A stretch of 53,163 nt of DNA, counting the filler, from Sphacelaria rigidula (Eukaryota), in NCBI GenBank assembly GCA_964200075.2. It is 4 parts of 4 records of this genome, joined end to end, with 100 filler letters (N's around TTAATTAATTAA, not from the genome) between each part and the next. Parts side by side here need not be neighbours in the genome. Positions count along the whole stretch, not along the records: positions 39,951 to 53,163 come from CAXNAA020003063.1; 3 more parts are not named here. One strand, written 5' to 3'. The notes beneath the pieces are model-generated. The model was not told the origin of the DNA. It did no database searches and worked only from the letters and a program-made list of their open reading frames with translations. Below, piece by piece: positions 49,206 through 53,163 of the stretch (position 1 is its first letter; each line of letters starts with the position of its first letter). The translations under genes and the position numbers were made by a program.

Positions 49206-49295
49206 ATGACCCGGCACGATGTGAGGATGTGGAGGCGATACTTCTTCATTTCTGCCGCGTGTACCGTTCCACTGCTTATGGCGCATTGGATGCAG
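49206..49295 (+). CDS. Cu-ATPase exon a
   Basis: ttcttgcag acceptor, 30 codons, CAG|gttgaa donor. Confidence 0.8.
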
Positions 49296-52200
49296 GTTGA
49301 AACAGCGTTTCCATCTTTTCTGCTTTTTACCGCCCCCCTCGACACATGAGGCAGGGTTCGAGCCGTGGCTGTCTCTGGGAGTGGCAATACCGGAAAATGA
49401 AGCAACTCGTTGTAGGCTGTCATCCAAATGCAAGAAAATCAGTACGCTTCGGGCTGAACGATCTTGGTAGGATGCAGCTCACCCTTCATGCGACTCGCCG
49501 AACACACCGTGGCGCTTCGCGCTTGGCGATTTGAGTGGGAACCTGGTCCGGCGAAAACGCGGCGTGCTCCGTCCCGTCTTTGTAGGGATGCGAGATCATG
49601 CAAATTATCCTTTGACTATTATATGCCATGCAAGATCATGAGTACACCCCGTCTAATTTTTTCATCTTCTTGAGCATTTTTTTCAGTCACAGCACAAGTT
49701 TTGTCTTCACATGGCAGGCAGACAAAAGGAACAGATTGAAGGCTTTCCCGTCACCCTCACTCTGTTTTTTCTGGCCATTTCCTAAGGTGGGGTACTCTAC
49801 CATGACGCACTGGCGGTACTACTTATACTAGTAGTGTGTTGATGCTGGAAGAAACAGCAGTCGGTACTGACGTGTAGGTAGTATGAGGGATTGGGAGACA
49901 GCTGCAATTAGAATTGGCTATGATGCCCTCACCGTCTGCGTATGGTAGTTCTAAGGCCCACGGCCAAAACCACGCAATTTTGGTTCAAGTCGGCATGAAT
50001 CAATACGACGAATCGCTTGCCTTTATTTTGGGACTCATCTTCGAGTTCACTGAGCGTGGAAGAAAATGGATGTTACGCTTGGACAGCTGTACTGTGTAGA
50101 ACACGGGATTTTTTAATTTGAGGATGGATTATTTTGAGGATGGATTATTTATTGAGGATGAGAAACCCGAAGAAATGAAATCTCCGTATTCACACCAAAT
50201 CTTCGAAATATGATTCCATTTCTTCACTTGCTGGTAGCTTCTGACAGTACTACACGCCATACAACTTTCGGATTTCGATAACCGAAATGTTGTGGTCCTA
50301 GGTGAACAACCGATTCGAGGAATTCCGGCGATCTGATCGGATCATCTACATTCCCCAAAATCATTTCTTCATCTAGGACCCCAACATGTCGGTTATAAGG
50401 ATCCAAATTTGTATGGCGTGTAGAAGTTGTCAATAGCTGCCAGTAGGTGAAGGAATGGAACTATATTTCGAAGATTGTAATTCTCCGAGTTTTCATCCTT
50501 AACTAAAGATCCATCCCCAATTTGTAAAATCCCGTGTTGCAGACCGTGAGGTGGCGTTTCGTCGTTTAGCCTGTTTCGCTCGATGACAGCACCGCCAGTA
50601 CCTTCCTACTCACGTACGTCCAGCTACAACGTTTGTCACGTGACGGAAAACCATGCAAATTGGCTCGCAAGTGAAGTCGAAGCGCATTATTTTGCTCTTG
50701 TGAAGCCAAGTCACGTGAAGATATGCCTCCGGCAGGGATTCGCCGTGGATCCATGGTACTGCTGGGATCCAGTATACTGCCTGCTGATGCAGTCAGTGTA
50801 TAATATACTGGCTGCCTCGGCCAGTACCCAGCCTACCGATTCTACTCATTTCATTGATGCTCTTGTGTCGTTACGTTTCAGCATGAGTCTTTTGTGCCGC
50901 TACGGTGCGCTTTACGCCGATGAGAAGACCTTAGTGCTTTTTTTTGTGTTTTTTCTCCACTTGCGTATTTTTTTCAAGTGTTTCCCTCAACCCTCTGACC
51001 CGCGGGTACTTGCTTGGGTTGTGTCCTTTTATATTTTTTATAAATCCACTTGCCTTTTTTTCTATTTTTTTTCTACTCATACGTTCAGCAGCCGTCGCGA
51101 CCGTTGCCATCGCTTTTTGCAGATGTTTCTCATGTGGAGCGGGCCGGCCGTCATGGGCGGTGTTACGGCGTGCGACTTCTTCATGTTCGTTTTGGCGACC
51201 CTTGTTCAGGTACGCTTTTGATGAAGAGGAAGCATGGGGGTGAAGGTGGAGGGTACACAGAAAAAAGTTAACCATACTCCATGCGTGAGAGTTTGGAAGA
51301 TTTCGATCGGTGCTTAATTGTACGCGTTGCAAGGACATGCTCGGGGACCACCAGCAACGTTTGATTTGTTGCCAGGTGGCTTGACAGACTGGTCAATGTT
51401 TACTGTTCCCCTCAAGCGGAGAGGGTGCAAGTGAACCAGTGTCGTTGTGTTGAGTTGTTTGTGTTTCGTGTTTGTGTGTGTGGTTGTTGTTGTTGCTGCT
51501 GCTGTTGTTGTCGTTGTTTCTTTTCTGAGGCTGTTGGTTCTGTATTCTTGTTTCTTTCCTTCTTTTTTATTCCTATTTTTTTACGCTCCTGAACACGGGC
51601 TGGATTGTTGCAATCAGCTAATGCGAGATAACCAATCGATCAATCGATCAATCAATCAATCAATCAACTGTATCCTGCATGTTTCAACCACACGGTCGTC
51701 AGACCCTTGTTCGGAACATTTTTCGATCTGATCTTAAATACTGGTGACGCCGACGCTGTAACTGTCTAGCTCCTCTGTTGCACCCCCCTGGCGCTAGCAA
51801 AGTGACGAATGCCCTCCGACTATGACGTTTGGTGTAGGCTTGAGGTGGATCGCCACTGCTGCTGTGTCGTGCCTGAGAGTTGGAGACGAACGTGAAGAGA
51901 AATGCCCAGATATCGTGTGGGGTGCGTACAGCACAAATGGGATTTGATAATCATTCTGGTTTCGTCCTATGCCTCATCAAAGAGGAAGGCGTATGGAGTT
52001 GTTCAAATGTCGTGTTTGGTTCCTTCGTATCCCTAACGCCCTTCGTGTTCTGCCCCTTCCTGTTGCCTTGCAGTTCACAGTGGGGAGGAGATTCTACCGG
52101 GCTTTCTGGATGGGCATGAAGCATATCAGTCTGGGAATGGACGCTCTGGTGCGTGCCAGCTGCTGCTGCTGCTGCAGTTATCCATCGACAAGTTGAACAA

Positions 52201-52800
52201 ACGACTGCGCAATATCAACATAACGATGTTGAACGTGCAGGCTCGCGGAGAGCATAAATTGGCGCGCAAGTTGCGAGTCTGCTGTTGTTGTTTTTTTCTT
52301 TTCGGCATTTAGCCGCTGCCTTCCACTCGGCACCTGTATGCACGTGTCATTCTCCACTTGATCACATTGCCTTACCGTACAGACTGCCGGTTGGGTGCAC
52401 TCCACTCTGATTCACCCAACACGCGTTGTTGTAGAACGAAACATGCGAGGTCTAATTCCGTACCGCCTACATGACCCCGCAAACAAAAAAGCCAGGAAAA
52501 AAATATCATTTTCGCAGGCTCTGCTCAAAACGCCGGCGGCTTCCGTCTTGCTGCGTACACGGAATCGAAGACCCCGTACGATTCAAGCTTGATGTAGATA
52601 CCCACAGGAAGATTGAATACCTTGACTTGAAATGTGTACGCTTGTTTGTGCACACGTCATGTTCTCAACCATTTTGCGTCTCAACCCTTGCGCTATTGTG
52701 TCATTGTGCGCTAGGTGGTGATGGGCACGACGAGCGCCTACGTCTTCAGCGTCGTTGTGCTGACGGTCAAGTGTACTGTCGACCCCGCCTTCCCGCAAAA
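49206..52800 (+). CDS. P1B-type copper-transporting ATPase (ATP7/RAN1/HMA5/CCC2-like), partial: four internal exons encoding the first transmembrane helices
   Basis: Spliced product: MTRHDVRMWRRYFFISAACTVPLLMAHWMQ|MFLMWSGPAVMGGVTACDFFMFVLATLVQ|FTVGRRFYRAFWMGMKHISLGMDAL|VVMGTTSAYVFSVVVLTVKCTVDPAFPQ. This matches the Cu-ATPase signature W...F..S..FTVP / LATPVQF..G.RFY..A...L.....NMDVLV.LGT..AY..S. All three introns are GT-AG, phase 0. Confidence 0.9.
49542..49650 (+). repeat. Short dispersed repeat family (copies at ~52999-53095 on + and partially ~47152-47190 on -)
   Basis: cctggtccggcg.aaac.cggcgtgctccgtcccg.ctttgtag.gatgcgag...catgcaaga.catgagtac. Confidence 0.8.
50102..50536. mobile_element. 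Foldback MITE with CACGGG...CCCGTG ends, in a Cu-ATPase intron
   Basis: cacgggatttt pairs with aaaatcccgtg, and ctacacgccatacaa pairs with ttgtatggcgtgtag. Internal motifs are shared with 18008-18520. Confidence 0.8.
51123..51209 (+). CDS. Cu-ATPase exon b
   Basis: tttttgcag acceptor, 29 codons, CAG|gtacgc donor. Confidence 0.85.
51447..51668 (+). mobile_element. LINE/SINE 3' end with (CAAT)n tail in a Cu-ATPase intron
   Basis: gctcctga.cacgggct.gattgtt.caatcagctaatg.gagataa followed by (caat)n. Homologous to 43040-43370 on the minus strand. Confidence 0.85.
52074..52148 (+). CDS. Cu-ATPase exon c
   Basis: ctaac branch-point-like motif, ttgcag acceptor, 25 codons, gtgcgt donor. Confidence 0.9.
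52715..52800 (+). CDS. Cu-ATPase exon d
   Basis: ctag acceptor, 28 codons + 2 nt, gtgagc donor. Confidence 0.85.
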
Positions 52801-53163
52801 GTGAGCTGAATACTCGTTGCTCCCCCCGCGCACCCCGATATGGTCCACCTATCATAGTACGTCAAGACTATGATAAACGACGTCCGTCGTATGTCACCCG
52901 TACCTAGTTTATCACCCCGTTAGCGCCATACCCCCGAACGGCAAACTTTGTCATTACAGCAGTACAGTAGCGTACAGGGGTACATGTTATTTAATCCACC
53001 TGGTCCGGCGCAAACCCGGCGTGCTCCGTCCCGGCTTTGTAGTGATGCGAGGTCAACGGCTATATGACTATGACATGCAAGACCATGAGTACCCCCCCCC
53101 CCCCCCCCCCCCCCCCGGCAGGGGAGGCAAGACCAAGAGAGGGGGAAGGGGGGGGGGTGTGGT

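Noticed and set aside
50583..51338. 212-aa and 135-aa ORFs as independent genes
   Set aside because: Only 51123-51209 is supported (ATPase exon); the rest is intron read-through or antisense low-complexity sequence.
1..53163. A functional cluster linking the OTU, ankyrin and Cu-ATPase genes
   Set aside because: The ATPase is on a different, artificially joined contig, and the OTU is a decayed relic.

Overview
This is repeat-rich eukaryotic DNA, most likely from a brown alga (Phaeophyceae). That assignment is inferred from the retroelement protein types, the microsatellite-tailed retroposon ends and the short GT-AG exons in long introns. The window is not one locus. It is four contigs of 13,218, 13,217, 13,215 and 13,213 bp, in descending length, joined by identical 100-nt N44-TTAATTAATTAA-N44 linkers. 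Two host genes are recognisable: the first exon of a minus-strand ankyrin-repeat gene (3359-3499), and four in-frame exons of a P1B-type (ATP7/RAN1/HMA5-like) copper-transporting ATPase (49206-52800) that the ORF track does not assemble. The rest is mostly transposon debris: a near-complete but degenerate Ty3/Gypsy element (minus strand, ~26745-35090), several Copia and Gypsy relics, four RTE-type LINE fragments, a tRNA-derived SINE head and at least seven foldback MITEs. The best leads are (i) a Tudor/Royal-family-like module at the Gypsy integrase C-terminus, (ii) an intronless, frameshifted OTU deubiquitinase-like relic, (iii) a CACGGG-ended foldback MITE whose excision with a 2-bp TSD restores the Gypsy reading frame, and (iv) a shared AATGYG 3'-terminal motif across retroposon families with different microsatellite tails. 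I saw no intact novel multi-gene system.
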